Part shown: one piece after another, positions 15,893 through 24,255 of the stretch
How positions within the stretch are numbered: position 1 is the first letter of the stretch
How the letters are laid out: each line of letters starts with the position of its first letter
Origin: a virus
Taxonomy: Duplodnaviria; Heunggongvirae; Uroviricota; Caudoviricetes
Strand: one strand, 5' to 3'
Length of the DNA stretch: 39,775 nt
IMG/VR virus record: IMGVR_UViG_2872158770_000006
Translations under genes and position numbers: made by a program
The notes under the pieces: generated by a model
Database searches by the model: none
Told to the model about the DNA's origin: nothing
Seen by the model: only the letters and a program-made list of their open reading frames with translations

Positions 15893-16729
15893 ATGGCTAA
15901 TGAAAAAAAGACATCCCGCAAAAAGTTTCGCGTGGCTGTCTCCGGATCAACTGTTGATGGCCGTGAAATCAGTCCGGTGCATCTGCGTGAAGCCGCCGAG
16001 AACTTCAACCCGGATGTTTACGCTGCCCGCGTGAACGTTGAGCACTATCTCTCGCCATGCCCGTCAAGCGAATTTTCCGCAATGGGCGATGTCACCGCAC
16101 TGAGTACGGAAGACATTACGGAAGGTCCGCTGGCCGGACGTACTGCGCTGTATGCAGAAATCGAACCGACCGAGCGCATGAAGCAGCTTGTCGCGGACGG
16201 CAAGAAAATCTATTCCAGTATCGAACTGCACCCGCAGTTCTCCGTTAACGGGCGCGCCTATCTGGTCGGGCTGGCGATGACCGACACCCCGGCAAGCCTG
16301 GGCACTGAGCGCCTGAAATTCACGGCACAGCAACGTCAGGCGGTGATGACGTTCAACAGTATCCAGGGTGAAGCACCGCTTATCTCCGAAGCCATCGAGT
16401 CTGAAATCATCGAAATGGCAGAACAACGCCAGGAAGAAGGCACCCAGTGGTTTAACCGCGTAATGGGGATTATTGGTCGTGGCCGCAAAGCGGATGACGC
16501 CAGTTTCTCCCGTATTCAGGAAGCGGTGGAAAGCGTCGCAACGTCACAGGCCGACATTATCGACCGTTTTAATGCGCTGGAAACACGCCATCAGCAGGAC
16601 AGCCAGAAAATCACTTTACTGACCACGGAGCTGACAGCACTGAAGGAAAAACTGCGCACGCAGGACGGCGATCCGCAGAACCGGTTCACCGCAACGGGCG
16701 CAGCCTCCGACCAGCTGGCTGACTTCTGA
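15893..16729 (+). CDS. O: Capsid scaffold protein, P2 gpO family
   Basis: MANEKKTSRKKFRVAVSGSTVDGREI... and internal YLVGLAMTDTPASLGTE align with remembered P2 gpO. Confidence 0.85.
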   Translation: MANEKKTSRKKFRVAVSGSTVDGREISPVHLREAAENFNPDVYAARVNVEHYLSPCPSSEFSAMGDVTALSTEDITEGPLAGRTALYAEIEPTERMKQLVADGKKIYSSIELHPQFSVNGRAYLVGLAMTDTPASLGTERLKFTAQQRQAVMTFNSIQGEAPLISEAIESEIIEMAEQRQEEGTQWFNRVMGIIGRGRKADDASFSRIQEAVESVATSQADIIDRFNALETRHQQDSQKITLLTTELTALKEKLRTQDGDPQNRFTATGAASDQLADF

Positions 16730-16752
16730 TAAGACAAAGGAGCAAATTTTTT

Positions 16753-17805
16753 ATGAATCTGGTGATGTCAGATATTACCCGCAACAAGCTGGGTTGCTAT
16801 ATGGCGCAGCAGGCGTCGCTTAACAATATCCCGGTTTCTGCACTGGTATCGCGATTTACCGTGGAACCTGCGGTGCAGCAACGTTTTGAAAACGCCTCAA
16901 AGGATAGCACCGAACTTACAAAAAAAATTAACGTGATCGGCGTGACCGACCAGAAAGGCGAAAAAATCCTCCTGGACACCACAGGACCGATTGCACGCAC
17001 AAATACCAGTTATGACGGAACAAAACGCCGTAACCCGAATAACGTGGTTGATCTGAAAAACCGCAAATACCAGTGCGAACAGGTGAACTACGACACGTTT
17101 ATTTCGTATCCGCAGCTTGATGCCTGGTCGGCACACAGCGATTTTCAGTCCCGCATCAGCGCACAGATTGCCCGACAGGTGGCACTTGACCGCATCATGA
17201 TCGGTTTCAACGGCACATCTCACGCGGATGAGTCCAACTTCAGCACCAACAAGCTGCTTCAGGACGTTAACGTGGGGTGGCTGGAGCACATCAGAACCAA
17301 TGCCAGCGAGCGCGTAATGAATGACGTGACGCTGACTTCCCGCAACATGGACAACACCGTGGCGCACGCGGGTAAATACGCGAACCCTGATGCACTGGTA
17401 CAGGACGCGCGCTCATCTCTGCTGGATGAATGGCACAAGGAAGCTGACGACCTCGTGGTGATTATGGGGCGCAACCTGTTTAACTCGCTGCGTCTGCCAG
17501 TGCTGAACAGCATCAGCGGCCAGAATCCCAATGCGGAATTACTTGCCGGGCAGCTCATCCTGTCATCGCGCACCATTGGCGGGCTGGGTGTGTTCCTTGC
17601 ACCGTTCTTCCCGGATGCAACGATGCTGATCACCTCATTCAACAACCTGTCGATTTACTGGCAGAAAGGTTCAATGCGTCGTCTGATGAAAGACGAACCG
17701 GAATACAACCGCATCGCCACCTACCAGTCCATCAATGACGCTTATGTCGTTGAAGACTATGGCAAGTGCGCGATGGTCACTGGCCTGAAGTTCGCCGACA
17801 GCTAA
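16753..17805 (+). CDS. N: Major capsid protein, P2 gpN family
   Basis: 350 aa; FTVEP, KYQCEQVNYDTFISY, MIGFNG, LQDVNVGWL, LSIYW and YVVEDYG segments align with P2 gpN. Confidence 0.9.
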   Translation: MNLVMSDITRNKLGCYMAQQASLNNIPVSALVSRFTVEPAVQQRFENASKDSTELTKKINVIGVTDQKGEKILLDTTGPIARTNTSYDGTKRRNPNNVVDLKNRKYQCEQVNYDTFISYPQLDAWSAHSDFQSRISAQIARQVALDRIMIGFNGTSHADESNFSTNKLLQDVNVGWLEHIRTNASERVMNDVTLTSRNMDNTVAHAGKYANPDALVQDARSSLLDEWHKEADDLVVIMGRNLFNSLRLPVLNSISGQNPNAELLAGQLILSSRTIGGLGVFLAPFFPDATMLITSFNNLSIYWQKGSMRRLMKDEPEYNRIATYQSINDAYVVEDYGKCAMVTGLKFADS

Positions 17806-17850
17806 TCAACTCACGGCGGGCATCATGCCCGCCTGTAACGGAGAGAAAAA

Positions 17851-18651
17851 ATGATTACTCCTGCACAGCAACACTGGCAGAACGTGATGGCACAGCGCGC
17901 AGGCCGGGCGAATGAAGGTGTGGACCACGCCGCGCGTACCGCGCATGAAGAGGTGCTGTATCGTCTGCGTCTGGCACAGGCCCGGCTTAAGGGCGTACAG
18001 GCCAGAAGCGCGAAAGCCGACATCAAAAAAGCGTTGTTGCCGGACTTTTCCGGCTGGATTGAGGGAACGCTGGAGGCTGACGGCGGGCAACAGGACGAAG
18101 TGATTGCCACGCTGATGGTGTGGGCGATTGACTGCGGCGATCTTCCGCTTGCGCTGCGTATTGGTGCGTATGCGGTCCGTCACAACCTCATCATGCCGGA
18201 TAACTTTGGCCGTACTGCTGCCACAGTGCTGACCGAAGAAATCTGCAATCCGGTACTGACGCAGGCCGGGACGGATGCCGACGCGGATTTGTCCGTCTTT
18301 ATCGAACCACTGGACACACTTTGGGAAATTGTCGCCAACCAGGATATGCCGGACGAAGTGCGCGCCAAATTATGCAAGGCGTGCGCCTTTGCCCGCCGTG
18401 GCCTGAGCGATGCGGACAGCATGGCCTCATCACTGAAGCTGCTGCGCGAAGCGATGCATCTGAACCAGAACGCAGGTGTGAAACGCGAGATTGCAACCCT
18501 TTCCCGCGCCCTGAAAAAAGCCGATTCCGCAGCCGCACCAGAAGACGCCAGCGCACAGCAGGCGCAGGACGAAAGCAGCGAAAGTAAAAAGACAACGCGG
18601 AAGCCTGCAACACGAAAAACCACCGCGACGCAGAAGGCGAAGCGCGGTTAA
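17851..18651 (+). CDS. M: Terminase small subunit, P2 gpM family
   Basis: 266 aa; ADMPDEVRAKL and AGVKREI segments match P2 gpM; basic C-terminal tail. Confidence 0.85.
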   Translation: MITPAQQHWQNVMAQRAGRANEGVDHAARTAHEEVLYRLRLAQARLKGVQARSAKADIKKALLPDFSGWIEGTLEADGGQQDEVIATLMVWAIDCGDLPLALRIGAYAVRHNLIMPDNFGRTAATVLTEEICNPVLTQAGTDADADLSVFIEPLDTLWEIVANQDMPDEVRAKLCKACAFARRGLSDADSMASSLKLLREAMHLNQNAGVKREIATLSRALKKADSAAAPEDASAQQAQDESSESKKTTRKPATRKTTATQKAKRG

Positions 18652-18752
18652 CGACTGACCCCGTCAGCGGGCGGCGTGCGCGGTGTTCCGGTTTGGCTCC
18701 GTGACCGTTTACACCGCGCACCCACCGCCCGATTTTTTCAGGAGTGAACCCC

Positions 18753-19247
18753 ATGAGTATGGTTGCCAGAACTGAACCCGGACCCGCAGAGGACGACATC
18801 ACCGACACCGAAGATGGCGATACCCGTATTTCAGCGGGTGCATTCTGGCCGGATATTGTGCTGCGCGAGCTGCGTCTGGCGGTACGACTGCCGGGCCGCG
18901 TGACCACCTCCCGCCTGCTGCATACCGCCACCGGGGCCGTGGCACACGTTACCCGCGAGCTGGAAGCATGGCAGCAGGAACAGCAGGCGGCTGGCCATCA
19001 GACGCTGGCCGATGTTCCGGCACCTGTAATTAACGGAGAAAGCGTCAATCTCTGGCACTGGCGCAATGCTGTTTATACCGCCACACGCGCCCTGATTCTG
19101 GAGCGTTACCGCGATGCGGACACAACGGACAAGGGCGACCGCCGGGCGGACGCACTGGATATACAGACATCGGATTTGTGGCGCGATGTGAGCTGGGCCA
19201 TCTCTGACATTCTGTGCCGCCCGCGAATCTTTGCGGAGTTGTGCTGA
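18753..19247 (+). CDS. L: Head completion protein, P2 gpL family
   Basis: Position and size; ATG at 18753 with AGGAG RBS; stop overlaps the X start. Confidence 0.75.
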   Translation: MSMVARTEPGPAEDDITDTEDGDTRISAGAFWPDIVLRELRLAVRLPGRVTTSRLLHTATGAVAHVTRELEAWQQEQQAAGHQTLADVPAPVINGESVNLWHWRNAVYTATRALILERYRDADTTDKGDRRADALDIQTSDLWRDVSWAISDILCRPRIFAELC

Positions 19248-19444
19248 TGAAAGTGAAGACACTGGAAGGCGACACCGTGGATTCGCTCTGTTTCCGGTAC
19301 TACGGCACGACGCAGGGCGTCACCGAAAAGGTGCTGGATGCCAACCCCGGACTCTGCCGACAGGTATTTCTGGAAGCCGGACAGGAGGTGGAAATGCCGG
19401 AGCCGGAGAAGAAAAAACAACGAGAGATGATACAGCTATGGTAA
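19247..19444 (+). CDS. X: Tail protein X (LysM-like), P2 gpX family
   Basis: MKVKTLEGDTVDSLCFRYYGTTQGVTEKVLDANPGL aligns with the P2 gpX N-terminus. Confidence 0.8.
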   Translation: MKVKTLEGDTVDSLCFRYYGTTQGVTEKVLDANPGLCRQVFLEAGQEVEMPEPEKKKQREMIQLW

Positions 19445-19740
19445 CAGGTTTTTTTCAGCGGGTGAGTGACTGGATCACCTTCTGGGCATCAGTCACAGCC
19501 ACCACAATAGGCGTGATGACCATCAGTGAAAAAATCGCCCTTGCCGGGTTGTTACTCGGTTCTCTGTCTGCATTACATGCCTGGCGACATCGCCGCCTGA
19601 TGGAAACCGCCATGCAGCGTCGCAATGAACTCATCGCCAGTATCCTGGCGCAGTCAGACGCACGGCCACTTCACGACAGTGAGCGTCAGGCTCTGAACAT
19701 TCTGCGGGATAACGATACACATGATAAAGCTGCCCGTTAA
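19438..19740 (+). CDS. Y: Holin (P2 gpY position), two predicted TM helices
   Basis: 100 aa with hydrophobic helices WITFWASVTATTIGVMTI and IALAGLLLGSLSALHAW, then a charged C-terminus. Confidence 0.7.
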   Translation: MVTGFFQRVSDWITFWASVTATTIGVMTISEKIALAGLLLGSLSALHAWRHRRLMETAMQRRNELIASILAQSDARPLHDSERQALNILRDNDTHDKAAR

Positions 19741-20269
19741 ACGTTACGCCGTAGCCGCCATTGTGGCGCTGGGGTTCTCCATTGCCCCTCACAAACTCCG
19801 GACCAGCCCGGAAGCGCAAATCCGCATTGCCACATGGGAGGACTGTCGCGCAACGCCTTACCGGGATATTGCCGGGGTAATGACCGTGGGGTGCGGCTCG
19901 ACCGGGCATGTGGAAAATCGTCTGTACACCGAAACGGAAGTCGCCGGGCGCTGGGTTAATGATATGCAACATGCAGAAAACTGCATAAATCAGAACTTCA
20001 GCGGCAACGCCATGCCACAGTCCGCGTTTGAGGCAATGACAGATGCCGCCTTTAATCTTGGATGCAGAAATCTTATGTGGTTCAGGGATAAGAACCGTAA
20101 CTACCACCGCACCACTATCTGGAAACATGCACAGGCGCACAACTGGCCTGACATGTGCAACAGACTGACTGACTTCGTGAACAGCGGCGGCGAACGCTCA
20201 CAGGGACTGGTTAACCGTCGTACTGATTTTCGTGCATGGTGCTTACGTGACACCGGAGGCCAGTCATGA
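19721..20269 (+). CDS. K: SAR-type endolysin (T4-lysozyme-like muramidase with N-terminal signal-anchor-release domain)
   Basis: N-terminal weakly hydrophobic YAVAAIVALGFSIAP followed by a WEDCRATPYRD...GV.TVGCG catalytic region typical of P1 Lyz / P21 R-type SAR endolysins. Confidence 0.75.
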   Translation: MIKLPVKRYAVAAIVALGFSIAPHKLRTSPEAQIRIATWEDCRATPYRDIAGVMTVGCGSTGHVENRLYTETEVAGRWVNDMQHAENCINQNFSGNAMPQSAFEAMTDAAFNLGCRNLMWFRDKNRNYHRTTIWKHAQAHNWPDMCNRLTDFVNSGGERSQGLVNRRTDFRAWCLRDTGGQS

Positions 20270-20739
20270 AAGTGCGTTACATCCTGATGATGGCACTGAC
20301 CGTCCTCACGCTGCTGACCATAACACTCTGGCAGACATTCAGACTGGGGCAGGAAGACGGACACAACCGTTATACACAGGCGCAACTGGACGATTACAGC
20401 CGGACCCTGAAAGAGGCCGGCACCATCATCAGCACCGCATCCGGTGTACTGCGTGACGTCATGACAGCGCGCCAGAACCGACAACAGGAAGGGGAAATCC
20501 GACGTGAACAGCTACGCAACGATATCACGACAGATGCATGTGCCCGCGCTGTTCCTGACGCTCGCTTTACTGAGCGGTTGCACCAGCACGCAGAACGCGT
20601 CCGCGCCGCCGCCGTCGTTCCGTTTCATCCCGGAAGGGCTGACCGCCCCCGTACTTCCCCCGCCGTTTCCGGTGACGCCATCATGGGGAAACATCGGGAT
20701 ATGGAGCGACAGCCTCATGGACGCACTGGAAACCTGTAA
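20266..20739 (+). CDS. lysB: LysB-like inner-membrane spanin component (Rz-like)
   Basis: N-terminal TM helix ILMMALTVLTLLTITLW followed by a predicted coiled coil; follows the endolysin. Confidence 0.6.
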   Translation: MKVRYILMMALTVLTLLTITLWQTFRLGQEDGHNRYTQAQLDDYSRTLKEAGTIISTASGVLRDVMTARQNRQQEGEIRREQLRNDITTDACARAVPDARFTERLHQHAERVRAAAVVPFHPGRADRPRTSPAVSGDAIMGKHRDMERQPHGRTGNL

Positions 20740-20824
20740 CGCCGATAAGCGGGCCATTGAATTACTGGAACAGCGCAGGCTGCAACGACTGAACAACGAG
20801 GACAACAACCATGCTGAAAACTGA
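20504..20824 (+). CDS. lysC: LysC-like outer-membrane lipoprotein spanin component (Rz1-like), embedded in and overlapping lysB
   Basis: Lipobox LLSGC after a hydrophobic segment; Pro-rich mature region; alternative reading frame overlapping the lysB 3' end. Confidence 0.5.
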   Translation: MNSYATISRQMHVPALFLTLALLSGCTSTQNASAPPPSFRFIPEGLTAPVLPPPFPVTPSWGNIGIWSDSLMDALETCNADKRAIELLEQRRLQRLNNEDNNHAEN

Positions 20825-21905
20825 TTCCCTGCGTGAAGCCATGACCCGTTCATGCCGGTGGTGTCATGCCAACCCGGAAAAATTCACCATTTTCGTGGAG
20901 AGCGGCAACATTGAAACGACCGGAGAAACCCCATCGTTTGTTTACCGCTATCAGATAGTGATGTTTGTCATGGATTACGCCGGAGAGCTGGACGACCTCA
21001 CGCTGCCGCTGCTGGCGTGGTTATCCGAAAATCAGCCACAGTTGTTGCTCAATCCGGAGCGTAATCAGGACATCAAATTTTCCGCCGTTATCAATGACGA
21101 TGACAGCGCCGATCTCCTGTTTACGCTCCCCCTGCGGGAACGCGTTCGCATCACGCGCAGCAGTCAGGGCACACCGCAGGCAGAACACCTGCCGGAGCCA
21201 AAACCCCGCCTGCCCTCTTCCGAAGGCGACTGGTCGCATGTATTCCAGGATGTGACGTGGGGGAAAGCGATGGATAAGGCATTCACCCGCGTGGATGAAA
21301 CCTTTGAGGCTATCCGCGACAGCCTGAATCAGCAGGCCATTAATAACATCGCCAGAAAGCTGGCACAGGATTTACGCCGCGCCCAGCAGGCGCGTATCCG
21401 GTCACAGAAAGCGCCGGACGGGACCGCATGGACACCACGCAGACGCCGCGTAACCCGGATACAGGAGCGCATTCGCTTTATCTGGAATAACGAAGCACGC
21501 ACGCTGAAAAACTGGCATCACGACACGGGGAAATACGGGCGAACCATCACCGGGTGGGATGAGGATAAAAACAATATCCGCACGTTTTACCGGGATGACA
21601 TCGACCGTTTTCTGGAAATACGCACCCGGCGCATCAACCAGGACAGCACCAGGCGCGTCTCCATGTTCGTAAAACTGCGCACCGCCCGCTACCTGAAAGC
21701 CCGTGCAGATGCTTCCGGTGTGACGGTGGGTTACAGCGGCGTGGCCGCACGTATTGCACGCGTTCATCAGTTCGGTGAGCGCGATCAGGTTGCGCCGGGC
21801 ATTTTCACCGATTACCCGGTACGTGAGCTGCTGGGTATCAGCCAGGCAGATGAGCGCCTGATTTATAACACGGTGCTGGGCCGGATTGCGGAGGCTGTAC
21901 GATGA
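20811..21905 (+). CDS. R: Tail completion proteins R and S encoded as one continuous 364-aa ORF
   Basis: N-terminal about 150 aa (MLKTDSLREAM...LPLLAWLSENQPQLL) resembles P2 gpR; the C-terminal half (…VHQFGERDQVAPG…YPVRELLGISQADERLIYNTVL…) resembles gpS / virion morphogenesis proteins; no intervening stop. Confidence 0.7.
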   Translation: MLKTDSLREAMTRSCRWCHANPEKFTIFVESGNIETTGETPSFVYRYQIVMFVMDYAGELDDLTLPLLAWLSENQPQLLLNPERNQDIKFSAVINDDDSADLLFTLPLRERVRITRSSQGTPQAEHLPEPKPRLPSSEGDWSHVFQDVTWGKAMDKAFTRVDETFEAIRDSLNQQAINNIARKLAQDLRRAQQARIRSQKAPDGTAWTPRRRRVTRIQERIRFIWNNEARTLKNWHHDTGKYGRTITGWDEDKNNIRTFYRDDIDRFLEIRTRRINQDSTRRVSMFVKLRTARYLKARADASGVTVGYSGVAARIARVHQFGERDQVAPGIFTDYPVRELLGISQADERLIYNTVLGRIAEAVR

Positions 21906-22483
21906 GCGCAGAACTCATGCGACTGCTGAGCAATATCATCCGCACCGGGATCATCTCTGAAGTTGATGAGGAATCCTGGTGCGTGCGCGTTCGCAGCGGC
22001 GAACTGGAAACAGGCTGGCTGCGCTGGAACACCACGCGCGCGGGAGACTTCAACGTGTGGTTTCCGCCATCACCAGGCGAACAGGTGGCAATTGCCTGCA
22101 TCGGCGGCAACCCGGAAACCGCCATGATAATCGGCAGCCTGTGGAGTGATGCCATTCCGGCACCCGGCAAAAGCCTGAAAGAAATCGTGGTCAGCGCGCC
22201 GGACGGCGCGGTGTTCCGCTACGACGCGGACGCAGGCGCACTGAGCGCAAGCGGCATGAAAACGGCCACTTTGCAGGCATCCATCAGCGTGACACTGAAC
22301 ACGCCTGTCGTGGAATGCACAGACCTTCTGAGAACAGCGACGCTTGACGTCACAAAAGGGGGAACGATGAGCGGCAATATCACGCACAGCGGCGGCGATT
22401 TCACCTCAAACGGCATCACAGTGCATACGCATAAGCACGGTGGCGTTAAAGGTGGCAGCGATTCGACAGGAGGCCCGCAGTGA
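21902..22483 (+). CDS. V: Baseplate spike/assembly protein, P2 gpV family
   Basis: 193 aa; position, size and a Gly-rich C-terminus. Confidence 0.8.
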   Translation: MSAELMRLLSNIIRTGIISEVDEESWCVRVRSGELETGWLRWNTTRAGDFNVWFPPSPGEQVAIACIGGNPETAMIIGSLWSDAIPAPGKSLKEIVVSAPDGAVFRYDADAGALSASGMKTATLQASISVTLNTPVVECTDLLRTATLDVTKGGTMSGNITHSGGDFTSNGITVHTHKHGGVKGGSDSTGGPQ

Positions 22484-22830
22484 CAACCCGCTACACAGGA
22501 ATGAACCCGGACGGGACGGGAAACCTGAACGATATGGCGCACCTGAAACAGTCAGTCAGGGACATCCTGACCACCCCGCTGGCAAGCCGGGTTATGCGAC
22601 GGGAATATGGCAGCCTTGTGCCTGATTTGATTGACGAACCCATGAATAACACCACGCGTCTGCAATGCATGAGTGCTACCGTGATTGCACTGACACGATG
22701 GGAACCACGCATTGCCCTGAACGCCATCGACGTTGTCTGGAAGGCAGGAGGCCACGCCGGGGTGACGCTGTCGGGCACTGTCATGCAGACCATGCAGAAT
22801 GTTGAATTAACCATCACGCTGAGGGAGTAA
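22480..22830 (+). CDS. W: Baseplate protein, P2 gpW family
   Basis: 116 aa, GTG start overlapping the V stop; size and position match. Confidence 0.8.
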   Translation: MTTRYTGMNPDGTGNLNDMAHLKQSVRDILTTPLASRVMRREYGSLVPDLIDEPMNNTTRLQCMSATVIALTRWEPRIALNAIDVVWKAGGHAGVTLSGTVMQTMQNVELTITLRE

Positions 22831-22833
22831 ATC

Positions 22834-23730
22834 ATGCCTGCCGTTGACCTTTCCCAGTTACCGGAACCCGCCATCATCGCGGAGCCTGACTTTGAGGCAA
22901 TTCTGGCTGACACAAAGGCCATGATGATTGCAGCTTATCCCGCCGAACAGCGTGAAGTCGTCTCCGCCGCACTGGAACTGGAATCGGAACCCCTGAACGT
23001 TATCGCTCAAACCATGTCGTTTCGTGAAATGCTGTTACGCCAGCGGGTCAATGAGGCCGCACGCGCCTGCATGTTGAGCCACAGCGCCGGAACAGACCTG
23101 GACAACCTCGCGGGCAATATGAACACAAAGCGCCTGGTTATCACTCCGGCAACGGATACCACCGACGTGGTGATGGAGAACGACACCTCGCTGAGACTGC
23201 GGGCGCAGCGGGCGTATGACGGCCTGAGTGTTGCAGGCCCGTCAGGCGCATACGAGTATTTTGCCCGCAGCGCCAGCGGTCTGGTGCGCGATGCGCGGGC
23301 CATCAGTCCGTCTCCGGCAAATGTGACGGTTTCCATCCTGTCCACTGAGGGCGACGGCACAGCAACGGAGGCGTTGCTTAATACCGTTCGCGCCGTTCTG
23401 AATGCAGAGGATACCCGCCCGGTGGCCGACCGCCTGACCGTACAGAGTGCCAGAATCGTGACATGGCGGCTGAATGCAAAACTGTACTTTTACCCCGGTC
23501 CGGAATCCGAACCTATTCTGGCTGCGGCTGAATCGTCGTTCAGGAAGTGGCTGGCTGAGCAGGGGCTTATCGGTCAGGACGTGGCGTTGTCCGCCATTGC
23601 TGCCGCACTGCATGTGCACGGTGTGCAACGCGTGGAGATAATCGAACCCACACAGAATATGGCCATCAGCGACATACAGGCGGCGCGCTGTGAGTCATTC
23701 ACCATCAGCGAAGGTGGGCGTAATGAGTAA
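22834..23730 (+). CDS. J: Baseplate protein, P2 gpJ family
   Basis: 298 aa; size and position. Confidence 0.8.
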   Translation: MPAVDLSQLPEPAIIAEPDFEAILADTKAMMIAAYPAEQREVVSAALELESEPLNVIAQTMSFREMLLRQRVNEAARACMLSHSAGTDLDNLAGNMNTKRLVITPATDTTDVVMENDTSLRLRAQRAYDGLSVAGPSGAYEYFARSASGLVRDARAISPSPANVTVSILSTEGDGTATEALLNTVRAVLNAEDTRPVADRLTVQSARIVTWRLNAKLYFYPGPESEPILAAAESSFRKWLAEQGLIGQDVALSAIAAALHVHGVQRVEIIEPTQNMAISDIQAARCESFTISEGGRNE

Positions 23731-24253
23731 TTCACTGTTACCACCATCAGCCAGCAATTTCATGCGTTGTGCCGAAGCCGTCGGAACACGCATTACAGAC
23801 ATTCCGGCAGACCTCAACACGCTGTGGTCGCCGGACACCTGCCCGGTGCATCTGCTGCCTTATCTCGCCTGGGCGTTTTCCGTTGACCGCTGGGATCGCA
23901 ACTGGCCGGAAGAGACAAAGCGACAGGTGATTCGTGATGCATGGCTGATACACCGACACAAAGGAACCATCAGCGCCCTGCGACGGGCCATTGAGCCGCT
24001 GGGATACCTCATTCGCGTGTCTGAGTGGTGGGAGTTCAACGGCGAACCCGGAACATTCAAGATTGATGTTGGCACGCTGGACAGTGGCGTGACGGAGGAA
24101 ATGTATCTGGAAATGGAGCGGTTGATTGCTGATGCCCGCCCGGTCAGCCGCCACATGACAGGGCTGAATATCATTCAGGAGATTCAGGGAGATATTTTCG
24201 CGGCAGCAGCAACTTACGACGGTGAAGTCATTACCATTTATCCGGACGATTAA
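23723..24253 (+). CDS. I: Baseplate protein, P2 gpI family
   Basis: 176 aa from ATG overlapping the J stop. Confidence 0.8.
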   Translation: MSNSLLPPSASNFMRCAEAVGTRITDIPADLNTLWSPDTCPVHLLPYLAWAFSVDRWDRNWPEETKRQVIRDAWLIHRHKGTISALRRAIEPLGYLIRVSEWWEFNGEPGTFKIDVGTLDSGVTEEMYLEMERLIADARPVSRHMTGLNIIQEIQGDIFAAAATYDGEVITIYPDD

Positions 24254-24255
24254 GC

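Noticed and set aside
20266-20270. Missing lysA between the endolysin and lysB
   Set aside because: The endolysin stop and the lysB start overlap, leaving no room for a lysA-like gene; treated as lineage variation rather than a deletion of interest.
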